Notes under the pieces: generated by a model
Seen by the model: the letters and a program-made list of their open reading frames with translations, nothing else
Told to the model about the DNA's origin: nothing
The model's database searches: none
NCBI RefSeq assembly: GCF_045862395.1
Contig: NZ_AP023087.1
Coordinates: 196,744 to 228,743 of the forward strand
DNA: 32,000 nt
Direction: 5' to 3'
Source of the DNA: Marinicellulosiphila megalodicopiae
GTDB lineage: Bacteria; Pseudomonadota; Gammaproteobacteria; Pseudomonadales; Natronospirillaceae
Position numbers and translations under genes: made by a program
Part shown: positions 1 to 10,041 of the stretch, piece by piece
Numbering within the stretch: position 1 is the stretch's first letter
Layout of the letters: every line of letters starts with the position of its first letter

Positions 1-1373
1 TCGGCACCAATGCCGTATGTGGACAATTGATCGTGATTAAATTGTTTAACTTTTTGATTGTTAGAACCCATCAATACATCAATTAAATGACTCGCACCAA
101 AACGTTGTTCGGTTCGATACACAGTGGATAACGCTTTTTGTGCCGCAATGCTGGCATCCCATGTTTTAACAGGCGTGATGCAGTTGTCGCAATTTTTACA
201 ATTGGTCTCAAGGCGCGCTTCATTAAAATAATTTAATAAATTAATGCGTCGGCAATCCACCGATTCACATAACGCTAACATCGCGTTTAATTTATTTTGC
301 TCTGCGCGTTTAAAATTTTCTTGGCCTTGAGATTGTGCCAACATCTGTTGTAAAAATACAACGTCTTGCAACCCATAAATTAACCAAGCCTCTGAGGGTA
401 ATCCGTCACGTCCTGCGCGTCCTGTTTCTTGATAATACGATTCAATGGATTTGGGTAAATCAATATGTGCCACAAAACGCACATCAGGTTTGTCAATGCC
501 CATACCAAACGCAATGGTTGCTACCATAATAATCCCTTCTTCTCGCAAAAATCTTGCTTGATGGGTTTGGCGTAATGGTGCAGGTAAACCTGCGTGATAA
601 GGCAACGCATTTAAGCCTTGCTGATTTAAATATTCCGCAAAGTCTTCAACGCGTTTGCGCGACAAACAATACACAATGCCACTGTTATTTAAATGCTTGC
701 TTTGAATAAAATTTAATAATTGTTTTTTAGCATTGGTTTTTTGGGTGATCGTATATTTAATATTCGGTCGATCAAAACTCGACACAAACTGCTGTGCATC
801 ATGTAACTGCAAGCGATCAATAATTTCTTGTTTGGTGCGCGCATCCGCCGTTGCCGTTAATGCAATGCGTGGTACGTTGGGAAAGTTTTCATGTAATAAC
901 GTGACACTTAAATAGTCTTTACGAAAGTCATGACCCCATTGCGACACACAATGCGCTTCATCAATGGCAAAAATAGAAATTTGCACCTGTTGTAATAAAT
1001 CAAACGTACGTTGCTGCGTTAAACGCTCTGGTGCAATATACAAAAAATCCACAATACCTTGGCGGAGCTCTTGTTCAATTTCATAAACTTGTTGTGCACT
1101 TAATGTTGAGTTTAAAAAACGAGCGTTTAAACCCAACTGCGCCAACGCATCGACCTGATCTTGCATCAGTGCAATCAAAGGCGAAATCACCACACCCACA
1201 CCAGGCCTTGCTAACGCAGGAATCTGATAACACAACGACTTGCCGCCGCCAGTAGGCATTAAGACCAATACATCTTCACCTGCAATGGCGTGTTCAATAA
1301 TGGCTTTTTGCTGATTACGAAATTCAGGATAACCGAAAGTGTTGTTGAGAATGTCTAGGGCTGTTTGATTCAT
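1..1373 (-). CDS. recQ: ATP-dependent DNA helicase RecQ (N-terminal part, gene runs off the left edge)
   Basis: Reverse-strand translation from CAT at 1371-1373 gives MNQTALDILNNTFGYPEFRNQQKAIIEHAIAGEDVLVLMPTGGGKSLCYQIPAL...DEAHCVSQWGHDFR...YYQETGRAGRDG, with RecQ helicase motifs I, II (DEAH) and VI. It is missing from the ORF track because it has no stop inside the window. Confidence 0.95.
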   Translation of the reverse strand, partial: MNQTALDILNNTFGYPEFRNQQKAIIEHAIAGEDVLVLMPTGGGKSLCYQIPALARPGVGVVISPLIALMQDQVDALAQLGLNARFLNSTLSAQQVYEIEQELRQGIVDFLYIAPERLTQQRTFDLLQQVQISIFAIDEAHCVSQWGHDFRKDYLSVTLLHENFPNVPRIALTATADARTKQEIIDRLQLHDAQQFVSSFDRPNIKYTITQKTNAKKQLLNFIQSKHLNNSGIVYCLSRKRVEDFAEYLNQQGLNALPYHAGLPAPLRQTHQARFLREEGIIMVATIAFGMGIDKPDVRFVAHIDLPKSIESYYQETGRAGRDGLPSEAWLIYGLQDVVFLQQMLAQSQGQENFKRAEQNKLNAMLALCESVDCRRINLLNYFNEARLETNCKNCDNCITPVKTWDASIAAQKALSTVYRTEQRFGASHLIDVLMGSNNQKVKQFNHDQLSTYGIGA

Positions 1374-1483
1374 TGTGTTTAAAAAATATTCAATAGCAAA
1401 ATAGATAGGTAGTTTAAACCAAAATGGATTGGTTCGCTTTGATTGTTTTATGGGTAGGGGGCATTATGGATAGATAGACCTAT

Positions 1484-1909
1484 TTGGAATTGGAATGTAT
1501 AGTTGTTGCTTTAATTTATAAAATACTAGATATGAAAATTAAATGTTGTGGAAAAATACTAATTCCTAAAATAAACATTAAGGCAAGTGTGCTGGATTTT
1601 ATAGGGCTTAGTTTCTTTCTTTCATTCTTTTTGTCGATACTGTGGTTTGTATTGTATCTAGCTACCTTATCTTTTCTCGAAGAATTATCTAACGGTACTT
1701 TATTTGAGCCAATAGAAGCATTTGGTTTTGAGCTTAGAAATACTCCATTTATATTTTTTGCTTTATTCGTTACTTATAAGTTATTGCCAAAATTTTTACA
1801 TGCTTGTAGTTTTTTTATTAATTACCGAATTAAGATTTTTAACAAATGTCGAGTGTGCCAAGTTAAGAGCATCATACTTGATCTACCAACCGATAAAGAA
1901 CCATTTTAG
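1484..1909 (+). CDS. hypothetical small membrane protein
   Basis: 141-aa ORF with two hydrophobic segments (FIGLSFFLSFFLSILWFVLYLATL; TPFIFFALFVTYKLL). Family not recognised. Confidence 0.4.
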   Translation: MELECIVVALIYKILDMKIKCCGKILIPKINIKASVLDFIGLSFFLSFFLSILWFVLYLATLSFLEELSNGTLFEPIEAFGFELRNTPFIFFALFVTYKLLPKFLHACSFFINYRIKIFNKCRVCQVKSIILDLPTDKEPF

Positions 1910-1940
1910 TTAATTTTTTATTAAAAAAGGTGAAGTAAAA

Positions 1941-2429
1941 ATGGGAAATAAAGCTAGAGAATTTGCATTAAAGGCCCATGGAGATCAAAAATATGGAACG
2001 TTTCCCTATTCAGTACATTTAGACGAAGTTGCCAGTATTGCAAAATCCTATGGTAAAACCGCTGAGGCCGTCGCTTTTTTACATGATGTCATTGAAGATA
2101 CTGATATTACTGCTAAAGAAATTGAACAGGAATTTGGTTGTTTTATTTCTAGGTGCGTTCAAATATTAAGTGATGAGCCCGGCGATACACGAACAATAAG
2201 AAAAGCCGCTACTTATAAAAAGATGGGAAATGTTAAAGGCGATGAGTCACTGGCATTACTGGTTAAAGCGGCAGATCGGTTAGCTAATATGAGAGCTTGT
2301 ATTAGAGAGGGTAATGAAAAATATCTCACTATTTATAAATCGGAATATGATGTATTTAGAAAGTCTGCATATCGCTTCGATCTTTGTGAAGAAATATGGG
2401 CTGAGTTAGAATCAATTCAACATGCTTAA
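1941..2429 (+). CDS. HD-domain hydrolase, RelA/SpoT-like (p)ppGpp hydrolase superfamily
   Basis: ARE-FALKAHGDQKYGTFPYSVHLDEVA...AFLHDVIEDT...KAADRLANMR matches the HD-domain pattern (H...HD...D). Confidence 0.85.
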   Translation: MGNKAREFALKAHGDQKYGTFPYSVHLDEVASIAKSYGKTAEAVAFLHDVIEDTDITAKEIEQEFGCFISRCVQILSDEPGDTRTIRKAATYKKMGNVKGDESLALLVKAADRLANMRACIREGNEKYLTIYKSEYDVFRKSAYRFDLCEEIWAELESIQHA

Positions 2430-2672
2430 TTACTGATAGATAATTAGTTTAAACGTAGGTATGCCTTTGCTTACAGGGATGTAGGTATGTCGAATTTGAC
2501 CGGATCAAAATTCGTAAGGCTGTCAGTCTAACTTATGTCGATAGTCTGGCTGATTTTTATTCATTAAAAATTGGATTTTATGTTTCTGACTAATATTTTA
2601 TTCAATATATAAAACACAAGCTAAACTGAATCATGATGTGTAAAAAAACTATTTTTGATGAGGGAATGATAG

Positions 2673-3131
2673 ATGAGATTATCCGAACGCCAAGTCGGTA
2701 TGATTCAAGACAGTTTTAAAAAAGTATTGCCAATTTCTGATGCGGCGGCTCAAATATTTTACGATAAGTTGTTTGAGTATGATGCTGATTTACAAAGACT
2801 GTTTAAGCAAAATATGGGAGACCAGGGTAAGAAGTTGATGCAAACACTGGCCGTGGCAATTGGTGCATTAAAGGATTTAGACAAGCTTGTACCCGTATTA
2901 CAAAATCTTGCTGTAAAGCATTTGGATTATGGTGTGAAAGTGGAAGATTATACACCTGTGGGAAATGCTTTACTTTTCACTTTAGAAAAAGGTCTTGGAA
3001 ATAGTTTTACTCAAGAGTTGAAACAGGCTTGGATTGTTTTGCTAAAAGTGGTGTTTAATGTCATGCGGCAGGCTGCTTATCCCGATTTTGATCCAATCAC
3101 TTATAAAAATATAAAGCGTTATAATATTTAA
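2673..3131 (+). CDS. single-domain globin-family protein
   Basis: 152 aa; LSERQVGMIQDSFKKVLPISDAAAQIFYDKLFEYDADLQRLFK...LAVKHLDYGVKVEDYTPVGNALLFTLEKGLG resembles flavohemoglobin/cytoglobin-like globin domains, with a proximal His in AVKH. Confidence 0.85.
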   Translation: MRLSERQVGMIQDSFKKVLPISDAAAQIFYDKLFEYDADLQRLFKQNMGDQGKKLMQTLAVAIGALKDLDKLVPVLQNLAVKHLDYGVKVEDYTPVGNALLFTLEKGLGNSFTQELKQAWIVLLKVVFNVMRQAAYPDFDPITYKNIKRYNI

Positions 3132-3376
3132 TATCACTGATCGTTAACCATCTTGGATTAAAAATATCCACTAGAAAATAAGAATATTTGTAGGAAAGAA
3201 ATTAATCCCGATGACATCAGTGTTAGAAAGAATGTTAGAAACAGTTAGTTTTATTTAGGCCAAAGAAGCGAAAAACCAACCGTTAGCTGTTTTTGGGCTT
3301 TGTATTTTAAATCGAAATGTTAATAAAAATTATCCCACTTACCAAAAGAATCAATTAAAAACTTGCGCATTCACTT

Positions 3377-3404
3377 TTGGTGTATCATTATATTAATACA
3401 CCAA
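3377..3404. promoter_or_regulatory. probable operator for the downstream GntR/YtrA-type regulator
   Basis: Perfect 9-bp inverted arms TTGGTGTAT-N10-ATACACCAA just upstream of the ATG at 3413. Confidence 0.5.
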
Positions 3405-3412
3405 TATAGCTG

Positions 3413-3817
3413 ATGCTTATGACCCAACGAAATTTTATCCACTTGCTTTGTATTAACACAAGTACTGGCATACCTATTTATCGTCAATTAATCGATCAAA
3501 TAAAACAAGCCATTGCCATGCAGTTAATTGCTGAAGGGCAAACGTTACCTTCAGTTAGAAATATTGCAACAAGTTTACAAATTAATCCTATGACAATTTC
3601 TAAAGCATACAGTCAGCTTGAATTGGAAGGCATACTTATTCGTAAGCCAGGCATTGGGATGATTATCGCTAAACCTCAAGCAACCACGGCTATTCCAGTT
3701 GATATTAAAAAGTGTATTACTAAATTAGTAAAGCTATGTGATACGCACAGGCTCGATCCTGAAGTAGTACAAAGTTTAATTCAGCAGTCATTTTCAATTT
3801 ACAATAAGGAAAAATAA
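3413..3817 (+). CDS. GntR-family transcriptional regulator, YtrA subfamily
   Basis: 134 aa with a GntR wHTH: GIPIYRQLIDQIKQAIAMQLIAEGQTLPSVRNIATSLQINPMTISKAYSQLELEGILIRKPGIGM. Short C-terminus and location directly upstream of ABC genes. Confidence 0.9.
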   Translation: MLMTQRNFIHLLCINTSTGIPIYRQLIDQIKQAIAMQLIAEGQTLPSVRNIATSLQINPMTISKAYSQLELEGILIRKPGIGMIIAKPQATTAIPVDIKKCITKLVKLCDTHRLDPEVVQSLIQQSFSIYNKEK

Positions 3818-3819
3818 AT

Positions 3820-4692
3820 ATGACATCTATTGTTGAAATTCATAATTTAAGCAAAACCTATGATGGCAATTTAATATTAGATAATTTAAATCTCACAATC
3901 GAACAAGGGCAAATAATTGGTTTACTTGGTCGTAATGGCGCTGGTAAAACCACGTTAATAGAATCAATCATGGGGTTAAAGGATTTAAAAAAAAATTGCA
4001 TTCATATATGGCAGCAACCCATAAACGAGTTAAAAAAATCCCAGCTTCAATCCATTGCATTTGTTCCGCAAAATCAAGAATTATTTGAATGGATGAAAGT
4101 AAACGAATATTTTGATTATTTTTCAGTATTTTTTGAAAAGTGGGACAACCTTTATGCGCAGCAATTATTAAATCGTTGGAATCTCAATTCTACGAAAAAA
4201 ATATCAGAATTGTCTGGTGGGCAAAAACAAATACTTCAAATTGTTCAAGCATTATCGGTTAAACCTAAGCTTTTAATATTGGATGAGCCTGTCGTAAATT
4301 TAGACCCCAATATGCGACGAGAATTTCTTAAGGAAATTGTTGATTTGTCCTGTGAGAGCAACATTACAGTATTATTTTCAACTCATATTATTTCGGATGT
4401 TGAACGCATTGCAAGCCATATTGCTTTATTAAATAATGGTAAAATAGAAATATTTGACGCAGTAGAAACTATTCAAACTCATGCCGCTTCAGTGGTTATA
4501 CAAGGTACAATCACCAATAAAGAACAATATAACCATCTCACGCAGTGGGAGGATTTTGACCAAGGCCATAAAGCCGTAATGACCCAAAAAGGCAATCATT
4601 CAATCAGTCAAATTGAATGTGAAAATAATGTCACGATTCAATCTATACCTATGTCATTAGAAGATTGGTATTTGGAGGTTACACGTGCATAA
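3820..4692 (+). CDS. ABC transporter ATP-binding protein
   Basis: Walker A GRNGAGKTT, signature LSGGQKQ, Walker B LLILDEPVVNLD. Starts 2 nt after the regulator ORF. Confidence 0.95.
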   Translation: MTSIVEIHNLSKTYDGNLILDNLNLTIEQGQIIGLLGRNGAGKTTLIESIMGLKDLKKNCIHIWQQPINELKKSQLQSIAFVPQNQELFEWMKVNEYFDYFSVFFEKWDNLYAQQLLNRWNLNSTKKISELSGGQKQILQIVQALSVKPKLLILDEPVVNLDPNMRREFLKEIVDLSCESNITVLFSTHIISDVERIASHIALLNNGKIEIFDAVETIQTHAASVVIQGTITNKEQYNHLTQWEDFDQGHKAVMTQKGNHSISQIECENNVTIQSIPMSLEDWYLEVTRA

Positions 4693-5950
4693 ATTTTTAA
4701 ATATATTAATAGCGAATATAAAGCTTTCAAAAAATTTATTAATTATTTGGATTTTAAGCATCGTTATTATCAACGGATTGTTGTTTGTTATTAATGCGTT
4801 TGTGTCATCTGATTTAGATTTAAATGTATACGCTATATATTTTGTAACCACTATTGTCATTGCTGTCGGATTTTTTTTGAATTTTTCTATTTTGAAAAAT
4901 AATCATTTTTATTCTGTTTTTTTTGAATATCGTTTATATCTGATATTAACTAGTCTTGCGATATTAACTTTTATTAGTTTTGTATCGGTAATAGGTATGG
5001 CGTTACTTGGTTATAGGGTTTGGTTGCATTTTCTCACACTTTTTATCGTTCTTAATAGCTTGATGCTATATTGTGCTATATTAAAAAAATTCACTATTGT
5101 GAGTAGTTTGGTAGCACTTTTTCCGGTGCTTGTTTTTTTTGATGATGTGTTTGATTTAAATAAAATTATTTTATTAACTTTTCTTGGGTTATTTCAAATA
5201 ATATTTGCATTTTTGTTAAACTATATCGAATCTAAGTATTCATTGAATGTATTTAAAGTCATTACCACATACATAAAATTAAATGTTGAATCCTTAATGT
5301 TTTTAATTGGAAGAAATATTAGATTGACCACATTTTTTAATAAATTAGATTTATATTTACATGTGTTTGTTTATTTGTTTTTTCTATTATTTTTGTTTCT
5401 AATATTTTCTAAAAGTGAAAATGATATCACTTACGAATTAATTGTATTGAGTTTTTTTGTCTTATTCATTCTAAGCTTAATTTCAATTCATCAAAAAACA
5501 CTTATGTTTATTAAATATTTAAAACCTGTGTACCACCTTTATCCTAATAGTAGCTTAAGTCATTCTATTATTAAGTATTTAAAAGTTAATATTATGGTGA
5601 ACATTCTAATTATTATTACTTTAGTGATGATTTTTGTCATTAGTTTTGATTTAGTTATCGATTATGAATTTTATTTTTCTGTGATGATTTTTAATCTAAC
5701 CTTCTTCGTTGGGCTGCTTCCTCTTTTGTTATTTCATAATCACACTAATAGCAGTATCTTATCATTTATATTTGTTATGTTTATTTTTTCGCTGATAGTT
5801 TCCATTAATGTTGGGTTTTATTATTTTGAATTTTCTGCTGTTTTGTATCTATTGCTAATTGCTTGTATCGTATCTTTTTTTGTGACTTACAATGTTGGGC
5901 TGAAATGGTATTTATCTGTTAGCAAAGAAAGGATGTTAAAAAATTCATAA
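4685..5950 (+). CDS. ABC transporter membrane protein (permease)
   Basis: 421-aa polytopic hydrophobic protein overlapping the ATPase ORF by 8 nt. Confidence 0.75.
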   Translation: MHKFLNILIANIKLSKNLLIIWILSIVIINGLLFVINAFVSSDLDLNVYAIYFVTTIVIAVGFFLNFSILKNNHFYSVFFEYRLYLILTSLAILTFISFVSVIGMALLGYRVWLHFLTLFIVLNSLMLYCAILKKFTIVSSLVALFPVLVFFDDVFDLNKIILLTFLGLFQIIFAFLLNYIESKYSLNVFKVITTYIKLNVESLMFLIGRNIRLTTFFNKLDLYLHVFVYLFFLLFLFLIFSKSENDITYELIVLSFFVLFILSLISIHQKTLMFIKYLKPVYHLYPNSSLSHSIIKYLKVNIMVNILIIITLVMIFVISFDLVIDYEFYFSVMIFNLTFFVGLLPLLLFHNHTNSSILSFIFVMFIFSLIVSINVGFYYFEFSAVLYLLLIACIVSFFVTYNVGLKWYLSVSKERMLKNS

Positions 5951-6012
5951 TAAATGGAAAACTAAATGGATTTAAAAACTTATTGTCAATAATAATGGTT
6001 GTATAAAAATAA

Positions 6013-6036
6013 AAAACGCGCAATTAAGCGCGTTTT
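6013..6036. terminator. bidirectional intrinsic terminator
   Basis: AAAACGCGC-AATTAA-GCGCGTTTT between the converging permease and PhoX-like genes. Confidence 0.8.
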
Positions 6037-6054
6037 AATTATAAGAATAAAACC

Positions 6055-8091
6055 TTATTCTCCAATTTTTCCGCCATCATCTTTACGGATCACAACGGTG
6101 GATGATCTTGCCAAAACAGTATTTCCAGGCGCACTTGTGGCATCTGTATTTTCTGGATTTGGCCAGTTACCTGGGTGCTGAATATTCACAAACATCGTTG
6201 TGTTATCTGGTGACATTGCAATACCTGTTACCTCACAACCATTAGGCCCTACAAAAAAACGTTTTAAATTTGTTTGATTGTCAGCATTTATGTTTTGCAT
6301 TTTTCCATCTTCATCTACTAAGGCAGATGGAATGACTGCTAACATTTGGTCATTGGTATAACTGGTTACTTCGCCTGCACTGTTATCGGTTTGCACCCAT
6401 AAAATTCCACGAGCATCAAATGCCAAACCATCTGGGCTTGCAAATTGATTCAGTGCTGACAAATCAGAAATATTGTAATCACTTGTTTCAGGGCTGCCGA
6501 ATACAAAAATATCCCATGAAAAATCAACTTGGTTTTCACTTTCGTCCCAACGAATAATATGGCCAAATTTATTATCTAAACGCGGGTTTGCGTAGTTAGT
6601 TCCAACATCTAATGTGCGTCTTGTGTTATTTGTCATTGTCATATAAACAGTACCTGTTACTGGATCAACTGCGCCCCACTCTGGACGATCCATTGGAGTA
6701 GCACCTAATAAATCTGCTGCGCCTGCTGTGTTTAAAATGATTTTTGCCAAACTTGCAAATGAATCTGATAATAGATTGCCGTTTTTATCGATGCTGGCTA
6801 ATTCAAGTGCCAGCCATTTTGCATGTCCATTAATATTAAATTGAGCAACATACAGCGTCCCTTCGTCCATATATGATGCACCAGTAGCTAAACGGTCTGT
6901 TGGGTCGGCATCTGCGGCACTCCAGTTTTTTGCTGAAACAAATTTATAGACATATTCAAAACGAGAGTCGTGTCCAGAATAAAATACAACCGGTTTGCCT
7001 TCTGTTAATTTTCCAAAGGTGCAACCTTCATGTCTAAAACGACCAAGGGCGGTTCTTTTTTGTCCACGAGAATTTGGATTATACGGATCAATTTCTACAA
7101 TATATCCGTGTCCATTTACTTCATTACGGTAGTCATCATTTGCAGTTGCGCCAATTGTTGATCCATCAAAACGGGTGAATTCATCTTGTAATTCACCTGC
7201 TAACCCTGCTGCAAATTCCCAGCCGTAACGTGTTTCATCATTAGCTATTCCTATACGATCATCTGCTGTATTTCGGCCGCTTGTTTTAACAAAATAACCG
7301 GGCCAGTTTTCTTCACAAGTTAAATACGTGCCCCAAGGTGTCGTGCCGTTACCGCAGTTATTAAATGTGCCGCGAGCAATAGCTTGCCCTTGTGAAAATT
7401 TTGTTCTTAATAATTCTGCAGTAACAGGACCCGTTACATCAAATTCAGTTAAACCTGTAAAGCGACGATTGTGCTCATCATTTTTTACAACATTCCATTT
7501 TCCGTCCATTAACTTCACACGAACAACCGATACGCCATGCGCGTTTATTTCTAAGCGAGTTGCATCAACATACTCTGCAATTTCTGTTACTAATGGTTTT
7601 TCGCCAGTGGTTTGGTTTGCATATAATGCGTCGACATTTAAATATTCATGATTGATGCATAAAATGCCATCGGTTGATGAATCATTTAAAGGAAAAAAAT
7701 GCATGCCGTCGTGGTTTTGACCCATTGCATTTTCTTGATCAAGTGCGCTCATTTGATTGTTAGCATCAAACACTGAAGCATTATCATTTAATGCTTCTCC
7801 CCAAGGGGCTAATACTTGCGCGCTGTATCCTTGTGGAACCACAACGGCATCTGTTTTTGAGCCAGCAATGGATTCAAATCCTAATTTTAATGATGCGTTT
7901 TCTTCTGGTGTTTGTTCGTCATCGTCTTTACTTGCGCAAGAAGCCAGTCCTAATCCTAGTGCTGACATGCCACCCATAGCGGCGCCACCTTTTAAAACTT
8001 TACGGCGATTCACATGGGTTTCTAAAACTTTTGCAAATTCTGTATTACCGCTTTTATTATAAATTGTAGGGTCAAATGTTTCTTTACTCAT
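6055..8091 (-). CDS. PhoX-family (DUF839) Tat-exported alkaline phosphatase
   Basis: Twin-arginine signal NRRKVLKGGAAMGGMSALGLGLASC; GTYLTCEENWPGYF, GRFRHEGCTF, VYSGHDSRFEYVYKFVS, SPDGLAFDARGILWVQTD. The track ORF begins at 8145, but MSKETFDP at 8091 is the more likely start. Confidence 0.88.
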   Translation of the reverse strand: MSKETFDPTIYNKSGNTEFAKVLETHVNRRKVLKGGAAMGGMSALGLGLASCASKDDDEQTPEENASLKLGFESIAGSKTDAVVVPQGYSAQVLAPWGEALNDNASVFDANNQMSALDQENAMGQNHDGMHFFPLNDSSTDGILCINHEYLNVDALYANQTTGEKPLVTEIAEYVDATRLEINAHGVSVVRVKLMDGKWNVVKNDEHNRRFTGLTEFDVTGPVTAELLRTKFSQGQAIARGTFNNCGNGTTPWGTYLTCEENWPGYFVKTSGRNTADDRIGIANDETRYGWEFAAGLAGELQDEFTRFDGSTIGATANDDYRNEVNGHGYIVEIDPYNPNSRGQKRTALGRFRHEGCTFGKLTEGKPVVFYSGHDSRFEYVYKFVSAKNWSAADADPTDRLATGASYMDEGTLYVAQFNINGHAKWLALELASIDKNGNLLSDSFASLAKIILNTAGAADLLGATPMDRPEWGAVDPVTGTVYMTMTNNTRRTLDVGTNYANPRLDNKFGHIIRWDESENQVDFSWDIFVFGSPETSDYNISDLSALNQFASPDGLAFDARGILWVQTDNSAGEVTSYTNDQMLAVIPSALVDEDGKMQNINADNQTNLKRFFVGPNGCEVTGIAMSPDNTTMFVNIQHPGNWPNPENTDATSAPGNTVLARSSTVVIRKDDGGKIGE

Positions 8092-8158
8092 GTTGTCACT
8101 CCGAATTTTGATTAAGATATTGGGCGAATAATTATCGTGGGACAAACTAAATTTTTAG

Positions 8159-8177
8159 TATGACAAACATGTGACAC
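8159..8177 (-). promoter_or_regulatory. Pho-box-like direct repeat upstream of the PhoX-like gene
   Basis: Reverse strand reads GTGTCACATGTTTGTCATA: TGTCAC and TGTCAT half-sites spaced 11 bp apart, as in the PhoB box. Confidence 0.5.
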
Positions 8178-8290
8178 TAATATGTGATTTATATGAATAT
8201 TTGTATTCAGAATTATTAGACATTAAATATAAAATGAAGGTATCCATTTTTAGTGCTACAAAATTTTATCACACTGTGTTTTACATCCAT

Positions 8291-8313
8291 AAAAAAAGGG
8301 AGCAATGCTCCCT
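8291..8313 (-). terminator. intrinsic terminator of the lactate dehydrogenase gene
   Basis: On the - strand GGGAGC-ATT-GCTCCC followed by a T run (TTTTTTT). Confidence 0.85.
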
Positions 8314-8335
8314 AAAGATAGTTCTAAGTTTTATA

Positions 8336-9289
8336 TCATTCAACTTGTAAAGTGGCGTATTGCTCTTTTAAAATATTTGCACTTTCCACAAGTTGTTGTT
8401 GTTCTTCAGTTGACAAATGAATATTAGGCATCAACTGCGCACCATCTTTTGACACTATACAGGGTAATGAAATACACACATCGTCTATTCCATGTTGTCC
8501 TGTAATTAATCGCGAAACAGTAAGTAGTGATTTTTTGTCTTTGATTATAGCGCTCACAATTTTTACTAGGGCCATACCAATTGCAAAATAGGTAGAGCCT
8601 TTAGCTTCGATAATTTTATAAGCAGAGCGTTGTACGTTTTCGGTGATGCTTGCTTTTTCGGCTTGTGTTAAAGGCTCGGTTAATGAATATTGATCAATAT
8701 CAATACAGCCAATACTTGCAATGGACCAGGCTGTAAATTCTGAATCACCGTGCTCACCAAGTACATAAGCATGAACGTTATGAATGTCTACTTTCATGCG
8801 ATCTGCTAAGTAATAACGTAATCGTGCTGAGTCTAAAACAGTACCTGACCCAAATACTCGGTTAGCAGGTAGGCCGGTTCGCTCTAATACCACTTTGGTT
8901 AAAATATCCACAGGATTTGAGACAACCAAAATAACGCCTTTTGGATCTTGGCTTTTTATGTCATCTGCAATGCTGCACATAATTTTTTGATTACGTTTTA
9001 ATAAGTTTAAACGGCTTTCGTCTGGGCGTTGTTTTGAGCCTGCGGTAATGACAATGACATCGGCATCGGCATAATCCTCAATGCCACCTGCACGCATTTT
9101 TGTGGTTGGCATAAAACAAAAGCCTTGAGCTAAATCTAATACCTGTCCTTCACTTAATGCTTGATTGCTGTCGACGATTACAATTTCTTCAAAATCGCCA
9201 GTTTGAGCTAATGCAAAAGCGAAGGTTGCGCCAACACTGCCTGCGCCGACGATGACGATTTTACGTTGTTGCCATGGATTGTGTGGCAT
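8336..9289 (-). CDS. ldh: L-lactate dehydrogenase (LDH/MDH family)
   Basis: KIVIVGAGSVGATFAFAL, VVSNPVDILT, RVFGSGTVLDSARLRYYLA, YVLGEHGDSEFTAWS: NAD-binding motif and catalytic GEHGDS. Confidence 0.92.
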   Translation of the reverse strand: MPHNPWQQRKIVIVGAGSVGATFAFALAQTGDFEEIVIVDSNQALSEGQVLDLAQGFCFMPTTKMRAGGIEDYADADVIVITAGSKQRPDESRLNLLKRNQKIMCSIADDIKSQDPKGVILVVSNPVDILTKVVLERTGLPANRVFGSGTVLDSARLRYYLADRMKVDIHNVHAYVLGEHGDSEFTAWSIASIGCIDIDQYSLTEPLTQAEKASITENVQRSAYKIIEAKGSTYFAIGMALVKIVSAIIKDKKSLLTVSRLITGQHGIDDVCISLPCIVSKDGAQLMPNIHLSTEEQQQLVESANILKEQYATLQVE

Positions 9290-9452
9290 GGTTTTGTCCT
9301 CATAAATTAGTAATGTTGATTATTTTAGGCTTGTATTTTGGTTTGCACTATACCAACAAGTGATAGGTTTTCATTGATTAATGTAGAGGTAATCAATGTA
9401 GGTTGTTGGTATGATTTACGCGCAAAATTTAGTGATAATTAAGGTAGACAAA

Positions 9453-9992
9453 ATGTTTGAGATTTTAATATTGGCATTAGCGTTAAGCATGGATGCGTTT
9501 GCAGTTTCCATTGGATTAGGCTCTAAGCAGCATAAACCTCTAAAGGTTATGGCATTAATGGCCGCCACGTATTTTGGTATATTTCAAGGTGTTATGCCAT
9601 TACTTGGTTATTTAGGTGGTCGTGGTGTGTTTGGTTGGATCGAATCTTTTGCACCTTGGGTGGCTTGGTTTTTATTGATGTTAATTGGCGCAAAAATGAT
9701 TTATGAATCGTTTGCAGAAGGCATTGAAGAAGATTTATCTAATATTACCCACAAAGTGATGCTCACTTTAGCCATAGCAACAAGCATCGATGCCATGGCC
9801 GCTGGGTTCTCGCTGACATTAATGGCCATCAATCCGTTTTTGGCTTGTTTGATTATAGGTGTCATTACTTTTTTATTTAGTGCGCTAGGTGTGATTGTGG
9901 GTAAGGTAAGTGGTACTTGGCTTGAAAGTAAAGCGGAATTATTAGGTGGCGTGGTATTGATTTTAATTGGGTTTAAAATTTTATTATTTTAG
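9453..9992 (+). CDS. mntP: putative manganese efflux pump MntP
   Basis: [25 protein letters not shown]...[11 protein letters not shown]...[13 protein letters not shown]. The track ORF starts at 9411; MFEIL at 9453 fits the family start. Confidence 0.9.
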   Translation: MFEILILALALSMDAFAVSIGLGSKQHKPLKVMALMAATYFGIFQGVMPLLGYLGGRGVFGWIESFAPWVAWFLLMLIGAKMIYESFAEGIEEDLSNITHKVMLTLAIATSIDAMAAGFSLTLMAINPFLACLIIGVITFLFSALGVIVGKVSGTWLESKAELLGGVVLILIGFKILLF

Positions 9993-10030
9993 CTGTTTAG
10001 ATTATTCAATTTTAAGAATAACCTAAACAG
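9993..10030. terminator. bidirectional terminator / long hairpin
   Basis: CTGTTTAGATTATTC-AATTTTAA-GAATAACCTAAACAG: 15-bp arms with one mismatch, between converging genes. Confidence 0.7.
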
Positions 10031-10041
10031 TCTGAAGTAAT

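Noticed and set aside
335-1255. Track ORFs on + strand at 335-529, 733-915 and 1031-1255
   Set aside because: Antisense shadows of the recQ coding sequence; the - strand has the clear RecQ motifs.
4657-4860. 67-aa - strand ORF at the ATPase/permease junction
   Set aside because: Antisense to two overlapping, well-supported ABC genes.
7328-8062. Three + strand ORFs over the PhoX-like gene
   Set aside because: Antisense to a well-supported PhoX-like gene; low-complexity unlikely proteins.
9290-9452. yybP-ykoY manganese riboswitch upstream of mntP
   Set aside because: The intergenic space is short and I could not identify the conserved motif or its pairing pattern by eye.
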